Shown here one piece after another: positions 9,911 through 18,976 of a stretch of DNA of 28,820 nucleotides (positions within the stretch are counted from its first letter, which is position 1; each line of letters opens with the position of its first letter). Position numbers and translations under genes: made by a program. The notes beneath the pieces were generated by a model. It searched no databases. It was given only the letters and a program-made list of their open reading frames with translations, and was not told the DNA's origin. Source of the DNA: Acidimicrobiia bacterium (GTDB taxonomy: Bacteria > Actinomycetota > Acidimicrobiia > Spongiisociales > Spongiisociaceae); NCBI GenBank assembly GCA_041576165.1, contig JBFGLM010000055.1:1-28820 (forward strand), read 5' to 3'.

Positions 9911-10762
9911 ATGCCACTACTCGAAATCGACGATCTGGGGGAGCTGACCGCTCCAGCACTGGTAGTGGCATTCGAGGGTTGGGTCAACGCCGGCTCGGCC
10001 GGTACCACGGCCGCAGAACATCTGGCGGGCGACAGCCGCGTGGTCGGCCGGGCCGATTCGGATGGTCTGTACGACTACCGGGCGGTGCGGCCCACAGCCG
10101 ACTTTCTCCACGGGGTACTCGAGGAGATCAGCTACCCGGAGGTGACGCTGCGGCATCGCAACCTCGGCGGGCGCGACGTCCTGATCCTCGCCGGGATCGA
10201 GCCGAACTGGAACTGGCGGGCGTTGGGCCGCGAGGTTTCCCTGCACGCGGTGCGGCTGGGCGTGGTGGAACACATATCGCTGGGCGGAATCCCGTGGGCG
10301 ACACCCCACACCCGGTTGACGTCGGTGATCATGACGGCTTCCCAGCATGACGTTCTGCCCGAGGATCCCAACCGGCCCCAGGGCCTCCTGCGGGTGCCGG
10401 CGTCGGCGACCTCTGCGATCGAGCACGCGGTCGCCTCCCAGGGCATCCCCACCCGGGGGTTCTGGGCCCGGGTCCCGCAATATGTGGGCGCGACATATCT
10501 GCCGGCGGCGGTAGCGTTGATCGAGCGGCTGTCGACCCAGCTCGGCGTCAGCGTGCCGTACGGCACGATCGTGGAGGAGGCGGCCGCGCAGCGGAGCCGC
10601 CTCGATGAAATCATGGCCACCCGACCCGAGGTCCAGGCGCTGGTCAGCCAGCTGGAAGCGCTGAGCGACGAGGCCGAAACGTCCGGAGAGGAACTGGCGG
10701 CCGAAATCGAGCGCTTCTTGCAACAGCAACCTGGGAGTGAGCCCGATCTCGGGTCCGAATGA
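9911..10762 (+). CDS. PAC2 family (proteasome assembly chaperone-like) protein
   Basis: AFEGWVNAG, YDYRAVRP, GIEPNWNW, PHTR, WARVPQY, ELAAEIERFL; RBS GGAGG 9904-9908. Confidence 0.9.
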   Translation: MPLLEIDDLGELTAPALVVAFEGWVNAGSAGTTAAEHLAGDSRVVGRADSDGLYDYRAVRPTADFLHGVLEEISYPEVTLRHRNLGGRDVLILAGIEPNWNWRALGREVSLHAVRLGVVEHISLGGIPWATPHTRLTSVIMTASQHDVLPEDPNRPQGLLRVPASATSAIEHAVASQGIPTRGFWARVPQYVGATYLPAAVALIERLSTQLGVSVPYGTIVEEAAAQRSRLDEIMATRPEVQALVSQLEALSDEAETSGEELAAEIERFLQQQPGSEPDLGSE

Positions 10763-10772
10763 GCCTGCCGCG

Positions 10773-10801
10773 TTGCCATACCTGTGGGCCGGGTTTACAA
10801 T
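10773..10801 (+). promoter_or_regulatory. Sigma70-type promoter of the tRNA
   Basis: TTGCCA (10773-78), 17 bp spacer, TACAAT (10796-801), 15 bp upstream of the tRNA. Confidence 0.7.
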
Positions 10802-10815
10802 TCTGGTCCCAACGA

Positions 10816-10889
<74 letters not shown>

Positions 10890-10894
10890 CCGAT

Positions 10895-10925
10895 AGCCCC
10901 GGTCAGCAACCTGCTGACCGGGGCT
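10895..10925. terminator. Strong hairpin between tRNA and convergent integrase pseudogene
   Basis: AGCCCCGGTCAGCA-acc-TGCTGACCGGGGCT, perfect 14-bp stem; no long U tract. Confidence 0.7.
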
Positions 10926-10943
10926 GCTACGGTTTACTGGCAC

Positions 10944-10977
10944 CCTTTTACCGTCGCTTCCCCCGGATCTTCTACCG
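10944..10977 (-). repeat. Left pair of CGGTARAAG motifs (putative integrase arm sites)
   Basis: CCTTTTACCG 10944-53 and CTTCTACCG 10969-77 are reverse complements of the motifs at 12147-12167. Confidence 0.55.
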
Positions 10978-12110
10978 GCCGGCGGCGATCAGGCTTTCGA
11001 AGACGCGAGCGGCTTCGGCCTGCGTGCCGGGCAGCACGTGCTGGTGAGTGTCGATGGTGAACGCCGGGTTCCCGTGCCGGAGCCGCTCCGACACAACCTT
11101 GACGGGCACCCCGGCCTTGATGAGCAGCGTGCCGTGGGTGTGGCGGACGTCGTGAAGACGGACCTTGGGAACCCCGGCTCGGGCGACGATCCGCTCGAAG
11201 GCCTGCGAGATGGAATGAGGGTGGATCGGGTTGCCCTCGACGTCGGCGAACACCCAACCCGTCGGTTCTATGCCCACAGCTCTTCGCTTCGACGCCTGCC
11301 TCGCCTTCCAGGCGGCCAAGATTGCCACGGTGGTGGGATCGAGGTCGATCGCCCGCCTCGAGTTGCCGGTCTTGCCACGCGACTCGTGCAGTTCGTAACC
11401 GATGGAGACGAGGCCTCGGTTCATGGAGATTGTTGCGGCGTCGAGTTGACGTCGTCCCATTGCAGTCCGAGGAGCTCGCTGCGGCGGAGCCCGGTGTTGG
11501 CGAGTAGCCACAAAGCGGGGAACAGCCTGTGGCCGGCCGCCTCACGGAGAAATGCCCGCAGTTCAATGGCTGTCCACGCTTGCGGTTCCACTTTGGGAAT
11601 CGACCGCACCTTGGGGCGTGGGCTACCAGCGCGACGTTGCGGGTCACGATTCCACGTCGGACGGCATCGCTTAGAGGACCGCGGATGATGAGATGGATCT
11701 CCAACACCGTCTTCGGCGCCAACTGCCGTTTCCCGCTCTGCGGATGCAGCTTCTGGTCGTAGAGCCTCTCTAGATGGTGGGGTAAGAGTCGACGGATCGG
11801 GATGCTCCCCAGAGAAGGGAGGACGTGCAGCTCAACTTTGCAGCGATACCCGTCCCAGGTGCTGTGTGCCAGCTCCACCTTCTTGCCCGGTAGCCACCGC
11901 GCCATCAGATAGGCACCGAACGTGAGCGACCGAGCGTCGTCCTGTCGGCCGTTCAACTCCGCGGCCAAGCTCCGACGCCAGCCACTCGGCGTCCTCCCGG
12001 TTGGTCCCGGCCGGGTGCCACCGCCGCCGCTCCTTCCCAGTCGCCGGGTCCAGGCCCTCGTAGATGACTGCCTACCAACGATCACCCTTCTGCGCCACAT
12101 AGCCCTTCAT
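10972..12110 (-). pseudogene. Tyrosine integrase pseudogene (tRNA-fMet associated)
   Basis: Starts MKGYVAQKGDRW then TAG (12072-74); frameshifts near 11970, 11608, 11445; spliced frames give TGLRRSELLGL, GKT, LHDVRHTH, SERLRH, TIDTHQHV (catalytic Tyr position is His). Confidence 0.9.
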
Positions 12111-12146
12111 CGTCCTTCTCCTCTCTGGGCTCCGAGGGTCGGAACC

Positions 12147-12167
12147 CGGTAAAAGGATCGGTAGAAG
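12147..12167 (+). repeat. Right pair of CGGTARAAG motifs
   Basis: CGGTAAAAGG 12147-56 and CGGTAGAAG 12159-67, starts 12 bp apart, just upstream of the integrase start. Confidence 0.55.
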
Positions 12168-12198
12168 TGATTGGCTGGTGCGGCACCGCCCCCGGCGT

Positions 12199-12990
12199 CT
12201 ACAAGGATTCTTTGTTGTCGGCTGTGAGCACCAGTGGGCAGCCCCGAAACGGGTGGTCGACAACGACCATACGCTGGTCGTAGACGGAGGTGAGGAGATC
12301 GGCTTGGAGTACTTGTCGCGGGTCGCCATCGGCCACCACGGCCCCTTCGCTCATGACGAGGATTCTGTTGGCATGCACCGCGGCGGCGTTGAGGTCGTGG
12401 AGCACGGCGACGACGGTCCTGTCTTCCGCGAGCACGGCGGCAAGGTTCATGATTCTTTCTTGGTGGGCTACGTCGAGTGCGGTGGTGGGTTCGTCGAGGA
12501 GGATGATCGGTGTTGCTTGGGCGATGACCCGAGCTAGGGACACCCGGGTCTGTTCACCTCTTGACAGCGTGGTGTAGGTGCGGCTGGCAAAACGTGTCGT
12601 GTCGGTCTGAGCCATGGCGTCGGCGATGACGGCGGCATCTTGTTCACGGGTGTTGGCTCCGTCTCGTCGGTGGGGGAACCGTCCCATAGCGATCACCTGG
12701 GAGGCGGTGTAGGGGATGTCGATGGGTTCGCGCTGGGTGAGGATGGAGCGTTCGAGGGCGAGGTCGCCGGGCAGGGCCCGAGCGGTGTCGATGCCGTTGA
12801 TCAACACTTTGCCTTCTGTTGCTTGGAGGTCTCCCGAGAGCAGGTTGAGGAGCGTGGACTTGCCCGCCCCGTTGGGCCCGATGACGGCGATGAGCTCTCC
12901 CGGTGCGACCTCGAGGTCGACGTCGGAGATCAGGGTGGCGCCTTTCACTCGATAGGTGGCGGCGTTGGCGACGATGGTGGGCTCAGGCAT
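12199..12990 (-). CDS. hmuV: Heme/iron-chelate ABC transporter ATP-binding protein (HmuV-like)
   Basis: GPNGAGKST, MGRFPH, LLDEPT.ALD, VLHDLN; signature reads LSRGE. Confidence 0.8.
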   Translation of the reverse strand: MPEPTIVANAATYRVKGATLISDVDLEVAPGELIAVIGPNGAGKSTLLNLLSGDLQATEGKVLINGIDTARALPGDLALERSILTQREPIDIPYTASQVIAMGRFPHRRDGANTREQDAAVIADAMAQTDTTRFASRTYTTLSRGEQTRVSLARVIAQATPIILLDEPTTALDVAHQERIMNLAAVLAEDRTVVAVLHDLNAAAVHANRILVMSEGAVVADGDPRQVLQADLLTSVYDQRMVVVDHPFRGCPLVLTADNKESL

Positions 12991-14023
12991 CACGACGCCT
13001 GGTGAGTAACCAGAGAAACACCGGGCCGCCGACGGCGGCGGTGACGAGACCTACGGGGATCTCTATGGGTTGGATGGCGAGTCGTGCCACCAGGTCGGCG
13101 GCGGCGACGAAGAGTGCTCCGCCGGCTAGTGACACCACGAGTAGATGACGGTGGAGTGGGCCGGTGAATCGGATCACGATGAAGGGGACGAGCAGTCCAA
13201 CGAAGGCGATCACACCGGCGGCTCCGACTGTGGCACCGACCGCGGCTCCGACGGCGATGAGGAGGATTGTGCGCACCAGTTCGACGTCGATGCCGAGGTG
13301 CCGGGCGTCGCTTTCGCCGAGGCGGAAGATGTCGAGGATGCGAGCGGAGGCCAGCATCACGATGGCGGCGATTGCGGCGAAGACGATGACGGTGCCGAAG
13401 GCTCGCCAGGTTGATCCGGCCAGACTGCCGAGGAGCCAGAACTCGATAGGGGGGACGGTGGCGCGGTCGGCGGCGAACACGACGAAGCCCACCCAGGCAC
13501 TCAGCGCGGCACCGAGTGCAACCCCGGAGAGGATGATTCGGGTGGGGTCGATCGAAGCCCTACGAGAGAGACGACGGATCGCAAACGCGGTGACCACGCC
13601 GGCGGCGACGCCGCCGGCGATCGCACCCTGAACTCCTCCGGCGGATGATCCGATGGCGGCCCCGATCGCAGCGCCGGGGCCGATGCCGAGCAACTGGGGG
13701 TCGGCCAGGTTGTTGCGGAGCAGTCCCTGCAGCACCCCGCCAGTGAGAGAGAGGGCGGCTCCGACAGTGAAGGCGAGCAGCATCCGGGGCATGCGGAGCC
13801 CCCACACCACCGCTTCGGCCTGGGCCGACGGTTCGGTGAAGACGCTGAGTCCGAGCTTGCGGGCGAGCACACCCAGTACCTCACCGGCAGGCACCGACAC
13901 CGCGCCGAGGGACAAAGCGCCCCACGCCACGGCGAGGAGAAGGAGCCCGACCACCGGACCCGCCCAGCGCCGTCGGTTGGCGAACGGGTCGGCGTCGTGT
14001 AGGGATTCGGTGGAGTCGGTCAA
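12983..14023 (-). CDS. hmuU: FecCD/HmuU family ABC permease
   Basis: LRMPR, LQGLLRNNLADP, FWLLGSL, LGE..ARHLG, GVIAFVGL.VP, EIPVGLVTA..GGP.F; overlaps both neighbours. Confidence 0.85.
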   Translation of the reverse strand: MTDSTESLHDADPFANRRRWAGPVVGLLLLAVAWGALSLGAVSVPAGEVLGVLARKLGLSVFTEPSAQAEAVVWGLRMPRMLLAFTVGAALSLTGGVLQGLLRNNLADPQLLGIGPGAAIGAAIGSSAGGVQGAIAGGVAAGVVTAFAIRRLSRRASIDPTRIILSGVALGAALSAWVGFVVFAADRATVPPIEFWLLGSLAGSTWRAFGTVIVFAAIAAIVMLASARILDIFRLGESDARHLGIDVELVRTILLIAVGAAVGATVGAAGVIAFVGLLVPFIVIRFTGPLHRHLLVVSLAGGALFVAAADLVARLAIQPIEIPVGLVTAAVGGPVFLWLLTRRRDA

Positions 14024-15042
14024 TCTCCGATGCCCGGATACAGGTCCCTAACGAAATCGTCTAGGGCCTGGCCGGTGCGCGGACCGAGGTTGAAGAAGTA
14101 GGCCTCGTCATAGGCGAGGAAAGCGTCATCCTGAGCCGCGGGGGTATCGGCCACGCCTGGTAGGGCGAGGAAGGCTTCGATTCCGCCGAGCGCTTCGAGT
14201 CCCGCCTCGGGCAGAACGATCACGTCGGGGGCGGCTGCCACCAGCGCTTCTGGTGTCAGCGGGGCGGGGCCGAACACTCCGGATTCGACCCCGGCGTCGA
14301 CGGCGCCGGCGCCTTCTATAATCGCCTGGGTTGCGCTACCGGCTCCGAACAGGAACACGACCTGAGGGCCACGCACATAGACGAACGCCACCCGGGGATC
14401 CGAGTCGTCGCCCGCTGCGAGGTCACGGGCCTCGTCGATCTCTCCCATGACCCGCTCCGCCAACGTAGCGCCCGCATCGGGCACGTCGAGGATCTCAGCG
14501 ACTTGGTTGATCTTGGTCTCTACGCCGTCCAGGGTTGTCTGGGTTTCCAGGATCACCACCGGGATGCCGGCACCACGCAGCTGCTCGATGGCCTCCGGTG
14601 GCGCAACTTGGGTGTCGCCGATCACCAGCGTGGGTTCGAAGCGAAGCACCGCTTCGGCGGTCAACTGCTGGGCGAATCCGACCGTCTGACCTTGGTCGTT
14701 GAGTGCAGCCGCCTCCGGTGGATAGGTGGTGGTTACGTCCACACCTACGACGTTGTCGCCGAGCCCGAGCTCGAAGATGATCTCGGTCAGGTCACCGTTG
14801 AGCGAGACGATCCGCGAGATGTCGGTGATCGTGGTCTCGACACCATCTGCGCCGACGAAGATCCGTCCCTCGGATTCGGTTGTTGATGTCGCCGCAGTCG
14901 AGGTTGTCGTCGGTGGGGTAGTCGAGGTCATCGTGGTTTCCGCTGCAGCGACCGAGGTGGTCGTCTCCGCCGTTTCTCCTCCGCACGCCACCGCGGTCAT
15001 GGCAGTGGCCATGGCGAGCGCTATCAGGGTCTTGGATCTCAT
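14020..15042 (-). CDS. HmuT/BtuF-fold substrate-binding lipoprotein
   Basis: Lipobox AVAC, Thr-rich linker, RIVSL, VVGVD.TTTYP, LTPEALVAAAPDVI, LGPR; ATG 15042 downstream of GAGG (GTG 15054 alternative). Confidence 0.85.
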   Translation of the reverse strand: MRSKTLIALAMATAMTAVACGGETAETTTSVAAAETTMTSTTPPTTTSTAATSTTESEGRIFVGADGVETTITDISRIVSLNGDLTEIIFELGLGDNVVGVDVTTTYPPEAAALNDQGQTVGFAQQLTAEAVLRFEPTLVIGDTQVAPPEAIEQLRGAGIPVVILETQTTLDGVETKINQVAEILDVPDAGATLAERVMGEIDEARDLAAGDDSDPRVAFVYVRGPQVVFLFGAGSATQAIIEGAGAVDAGVESGVFGPAPLTPEALVAAAPDVIVLPEAGLEALGGIEAFLALPGVADTPAAQDDAFLAYDEAYFFNLGPRTGQALDDFVRDLYPGIGD

Positions 15043-15055
15043 TTGATGGTTCACC

Positions 15056-15790
15056 TCAGGTCGTTTCGGTTGGGTAGGCGGAGACCGCCCTCTGTGTTTC
15101 GTGTATGGAGGCAGCCCGGTCGCCTGCGATCACCCGGTAGCCGGCCCAGATCAGCAGCAGCCCGAAGAGCTCGGTCACATAGAGCACCTCGACCATCCCG
15201 GCTCGGGCGAAAGATCCCCCGATGCCAGGAAGGATCGCTCCCGCCGCGATCAACAGGTTCCCATTGACCCTCGACCCGGCACCGCCTCGCCGCCAGTACT
15301 TCCACGCGGACCAGATGGCGCCGCCGATCAGGAACACGACCGCATACAGGTTCACCAGCGGGGAGAACAGCCTCACCCACTGCCAGGCCATCACCTCGCC
15401 TGACAGCCGGTTCGGCTCCACCAAGTCGTAGAGGAGCGGAGTGGCGATGACAAACGCGGATGCGACGGCAACATACGTCACCAGCGCCACCGCCAAACGA
15501 TCGGCGACACGTCTCGGCAACAGCAGGTACACGGTGCCTTGAGCCAGCGGTCCCGCCCCTAGCAGAGCCCCGGCGATGTACCAGGAGCGGAAGACCGGCT
15601 CGTTCCAACCGAAGATCGTCGTCAAGGCCTCAGTGAGCGTGCCCAGCCCATAGAGACCAACGCCGATCATCCACCACATCACGTATCGAGCCGATGGATT
15701 GCGCCGCCAATGCCGCCACAGAACCCGGAAGAACGCGGCCGCAACCACCGTCGTGACCACCGGCAGATAGTGGATCAGATTCGACGACAA
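15056..15790 (-). CDS. Hypothetical integral membrane protein (about 7 TM), first gene of the ABC operon
   Basis: Seven hydrophobic stretches; stop lies 13 bp before the SBP start; TTG start uncertain. Confidence 0.8.
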   Translation of the reverse strand: MSSNLIHYLPVVTTVVAAAFFRVLWRHWRRNPSARYVMWWMIGVGLYGLGTLTEALTTIFGWNEPVFRSWYIAGALLGAGPLAQGTVYLLLPRRVADRLAVALVTYVAVASAFVIATPLLYDLVEPNRLSGEVMAWQWVRLFSPLVNLYAVVFLIGGAIWSAWKYWRRGGAGSRVNGNLLIAAGAILPGIGGSFARAGMVEVLYVTELFGLLLIWAGYRVIAGDRAASIHETQRAVSAYPTETT

Positions 15791-15838
15791 ACACGCATCC
15801 CACGCCGCATGGGAACGGCACTCAAACCCACTCTCAGA

Positions 15839-15876
15839 CCGACACCAAGTCGGATCGATTCCGACACGATGTCGGA
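15839..15876. promoter_or_regulatory. Tandem palindromic operator-like array CCGAC-N5-GTCGG x2
   Basis: CCGAC-ACCAA-GTCGG (15839-53) and TCCGACA-CGA-TGTCGGA (15860-76), period 22 bp, 50-85 bp upstream of the operon. Confidence 0.6.
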
Positions 15877-16194
15877 CTCACCAACCGGGAACGGAGCTCA
15901 TCCGAACCGGCATCCATCGCGCGAGCGAGATGCGAGGTCGTCGATTCACAGTGCAGCCCCAGCAACATTCTCCGGGTGGATCTCGATGTCCCGCTCGTCT
16001 ACGCGGGCGTATGACGTATCTGCGAGTGCGACGAGTGCAGCTGGTTCAGGCGCCACCCGCCGACTGCAGCCGAGGTTCACGCCGCAAGCGACTGCGGTGC
16101 TCTGCCGCACCGCTTCGGAGGCGCTCGCGGGGACGATACGCAATGATGTGGCCCCGATTCACGACGTCGCACGTGGACGTTGGGCCCGCTCCGT

Positions 16195-16833
16195 GGGCCT
16201 GTCAGTTAAACGGTGGAAGTGGTCTGGCCTGACAAGCTGAACAATCGTTTGGCTAGTGAGGACGGATGATGACAGTGCATGATGATGCGGTGACGAGCCC
16301 ACCCGAAGACGACAATCAGAATCCGCGGTCCGGGGTCGAACCGGAGATCGCCCAGCGGCTGGTGGAACAAGCCAAAGCCGAGGGGGTGGATCTGGTCGGC
16401 CCGGGTGGTTTGTTGTCGGATCTGACCAAACAGGTGCTCGAGACCGGCCTCGAGTGTGGAGGCCTTGCGAGCAAGGTGGAAGAACACCTCGGCTATCCGA
16501 AACATGACCCTTCGGGCCGCGAGGCCGGGTCGAACTCCCGCAACGGTGTCCGAACCAAGACGGTGACGACCGAGGTGGGTCCGGTCGAGGTGGAGGTGCC
16601 GCGGGACCGAGACGGCACGTTCGATCCCAAAACGGTCCGCAAACGACAACGCCGGCTGGTGGGGGTCGACGCGATGGTGATCTCGCTGGTAGCCAAAGGC
16701 CTGACCACCGGCGAAGTGCAGGCGTATCTGGCCGAGACCTATGGCACCGACATCTCGAGGGAGACGATCTCGAAGATCACCGACCGGATCCTCGACGAGC
16801 TTTCGGACTGGCTGTGTCGGCCGTTGGACCGGA
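16195..16833 (+). mobile_element. IS256-family element, 5' part only (transposase from 16266, truncated)
   Basis: LVGPGGLL..LTK.VLE, HLGY, NSRNG, VPRDRDGTF.P, GLTT, ISKITD; breaks after RPLDR before the first catalytic Asp; probable left IR starting GGGCCTGTCAG at 16195. Confidence 0.85.
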
Positions 16834-17778
16834 GGCGGTTTCTACCGGTGGTTGCGAACTATGACGTGTTGTCGATTGCGATCAAGTCTGCCAGGACTCT
16901 TTCGGGTGTGCGGTCTCCGAGGATGAGGCGGGGGCGTTGGTTGAGTTCGCGGGCGACGTTGTTGAGGTCGTCGCGGCTGTGTGTGGCGAGGTTGGTCCGT
17001 TTGGGGAAGTATTGGCGGAGGAGGCCGTTGGTGTTCTCGTTGGTGGCTCGCTGCCAAGGGGCGTGAGGGTCACAGAAGAAGATCTCGACACGGATCGGGC
17101 ACTGATCTCCTCGTGAAGGGTGAGTTCTCTTCCCTGATCCCAGGTCAGTGTCTTGCGAACAGGTGAGGGGATTTCGAGGAGGCGCTCGATGAGCGCTTTG
17201 CGGACCTGAGGGGCTTTGTAGCCGTCCGGCAGGTGGAGGAGGATCACGAATCGGCTGAACCGTTCGACCAGGGTGCCGATCGCTGAGTGCATGTGCCGAC
17301 CGATGATCAGGTCGCCTTCCCAGTGGCCAGGAGTCTGACGTTCGTCAACCTCGGCTGGCCGCTGGTCGAGGAGCTTCATGTTCTTGATCTTGTTCTTGGT
17401 GGGGACCCCGCGCCGTTGCGGCTTGCGCCGACCCCGACCGGTGCGAAGCTTGCCTTCGGTGGGTCCAAGCACCCCAGCGAACAGCGCCTGGTAGATCGTC
17501 TCAGGACAGGCATGCATCGTCTCGTCGTCAGGGAAGGTCCGTTTCAGGAACCGTGAGATCTGCGCAGGTGACCATTTCAGATCGAGCTTCGCAGTGATGG
17601 CCAGGTGCAGGCGAGATCCTTGCTGGATTCGCTTCTCCTTGGGGCGTTGCCGCTGCAGGACAGCCCGGTTGTGTGCCCACCACGGCTGATAGGTGCCATC
17701 GGGTTTGCTGTTGCGCCGGATCTCCCGATACACGGTCTGGAAGCTCTTACCGATGCCCACCGCAATGGTCTTCACCGG
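16834..17778 (-). mobile_element. IS30-family element, 5'-truncated, frameshifted transposase
   Basis: TVYREIRRN, WSPAQIS, ETIYQ, GHWEGDLIIG, TLVER, LTWDQGRE; one-base loss near 17090, then FCDPHAPWQRATNENTNGLLRQYFPK; stop 16859-61; probable right end GGCGGTTTCTA at 16834. Confidence 0.9.
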
Positions 17779-17780
17779 TG

Positions 17781-18231
17781 TTGAGGCGGCAATGGGGTGG
17801 CTGGGCGGACACCTTCATGGGTTCGATGTTGGTGGCGCCAGATACGGGACGCCGGATCCGGATTGGGGGATCGACGAGTTGGACGAGCATCGATTCCGGC
17901 TTGAGCACGTGCTTCCAAAGGTCGGGATGAGGATGAGGCGGGACTACGACTTCGGCGACGGCTGGGAGCACGAGGTGCTGGTGGAGGCGGTCAGTACTCC
18001 TGAGCGTGGGACTGAGTGTCCGCGGTGCCTGGCCGGGCGACGGGCCTGCCCGCCTGAGGACTGTGGCGGTCCGTGGGGGTATGCCTTTTTGTTGGATGCT
18101 TTGGCCAATCCTGATCATCCCGAGCATCGCAGCTTCGGGAGTGGGCGCCACCGGGCTTCGACGCCGCCCGGTTTGACCTGGCGGGGACGAACCACGCGAT
18201 ACGGTCGCCGAGGCCCATAGAGGGCTGGTGA
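17781..18231 (+). pseudogene. Plasmid pRiA4b ORF-3 family protein, N-truncated and frameshifted
   Basis: AAMGW..HLHGF, YDFGDGWEH, CLAGRRACPPEDCGGPWGY; frameshift near 18128 then LREWAPPGFDAARFD..GW stop at 18231. Confidence 0.85.
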
Positions 18232-18639
18232 CGTCGAGTGCCTGGTCGGGTCTGAGCTGGAACCCGTCACTGATCTCGGCGAGTCAAGGCACGGCATGAG
18301 GATGTCCACTGGGAAACGCTTCGACACCAGAAGTGGCTGGGCGAATGCCCTCCACCGTGACGAGAATCGTCGATGAGCTTGCCCCTACTCGGGCCGATGC
18401 GTGACGGTCAGGGTCGGCCGTCGCGTTGGGCCAAGGGCCGCTTTGGAAGCGGCTCGAGAAAGTCAGATTCCTAGCTCCATATTGGGGGCCGAGACCTCAT
18501 CGCAAAGCGTCCGATCGGCACATCGTTTGGCGACGAGAGCTCTCCTTCGGCTAACAGTGGGGCCTCAGGCGTCTAGGCCCGTTCTCCCGCACGTCGGCCG
18601 GAGCCGCCGTGGTGCCGATCGGTGGGCGTCGTCGAGGGG

Positions 18640-18976
18640 CAACCGTGAGCGACGCCTCGAGGCTGGGGAATACGTGACCGTACGCGCCGAGAGTCACTTG
18701 GATCGTGCTGTGGCCGAGGCGTTCCATGATCGCCCTTGGATGGGCTCCCTCGGCGCTGAGCGTGGCCGTGTAGCTATGGCGAAGGTCGTGGAATCTCGTT
18801 TGCGGCGGAAGACCTGCACGATGAACCGCTGACTTGAAGTGGCGAGCGTAGAAGTTGGAGTGCCGGAGGGGCCCGCCTCTCGACGACGTGAACACGAAGT
18901 CGTGGCCGGCCTTGCTGGCCAGGTGCGAGGTCAGTTCAGAAACCAGCGCTTGGGGGATCGGAACGGAGCGGGCTCG
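18640..18976 (-). pseudogene. C-terminal fragment of a second tyrosine integrase
   Basis: RSVPIP, FVFTS.RGGPLR..NF, RFHDLRHS, ERLGHS.IQVT...YGHVF; no recognisable N-terminal half. Boundaries approximate. Confidence 0.85.

Noticed and set aside
14870-14970. Thr-rich low-complexity stretch (also 23690-23735)
   Set aside because: Ordinary lipoprotein linkers, not DNA repeats.
15880-16194. Possible gene or B12 riboswitch upstream of the ABC cassette
   Set aside because: No B12-box seen; minus-strand frame looks faintly coding but has stops and no recognisable motif.
16839-16847. A further CGGTAGAA motif on the minus strand
   Set aside because: Lies within the IS30 terminal sequence; single copy, probably coincidental.
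16266-17066. 266-aa ORF as a novel intact transposase; likewise 17693-18220 and 18551-19204 as full genes
   Set aside because: Chimeric read-through across element junctions.
18232-18640. ORFs 18115-18327 and 18401-18832, or an att site beside integrase 2
   Set aside because: No motif, RBS or tRNA fragment recognised; the second ORF is largely antisense to the integrase fragment.
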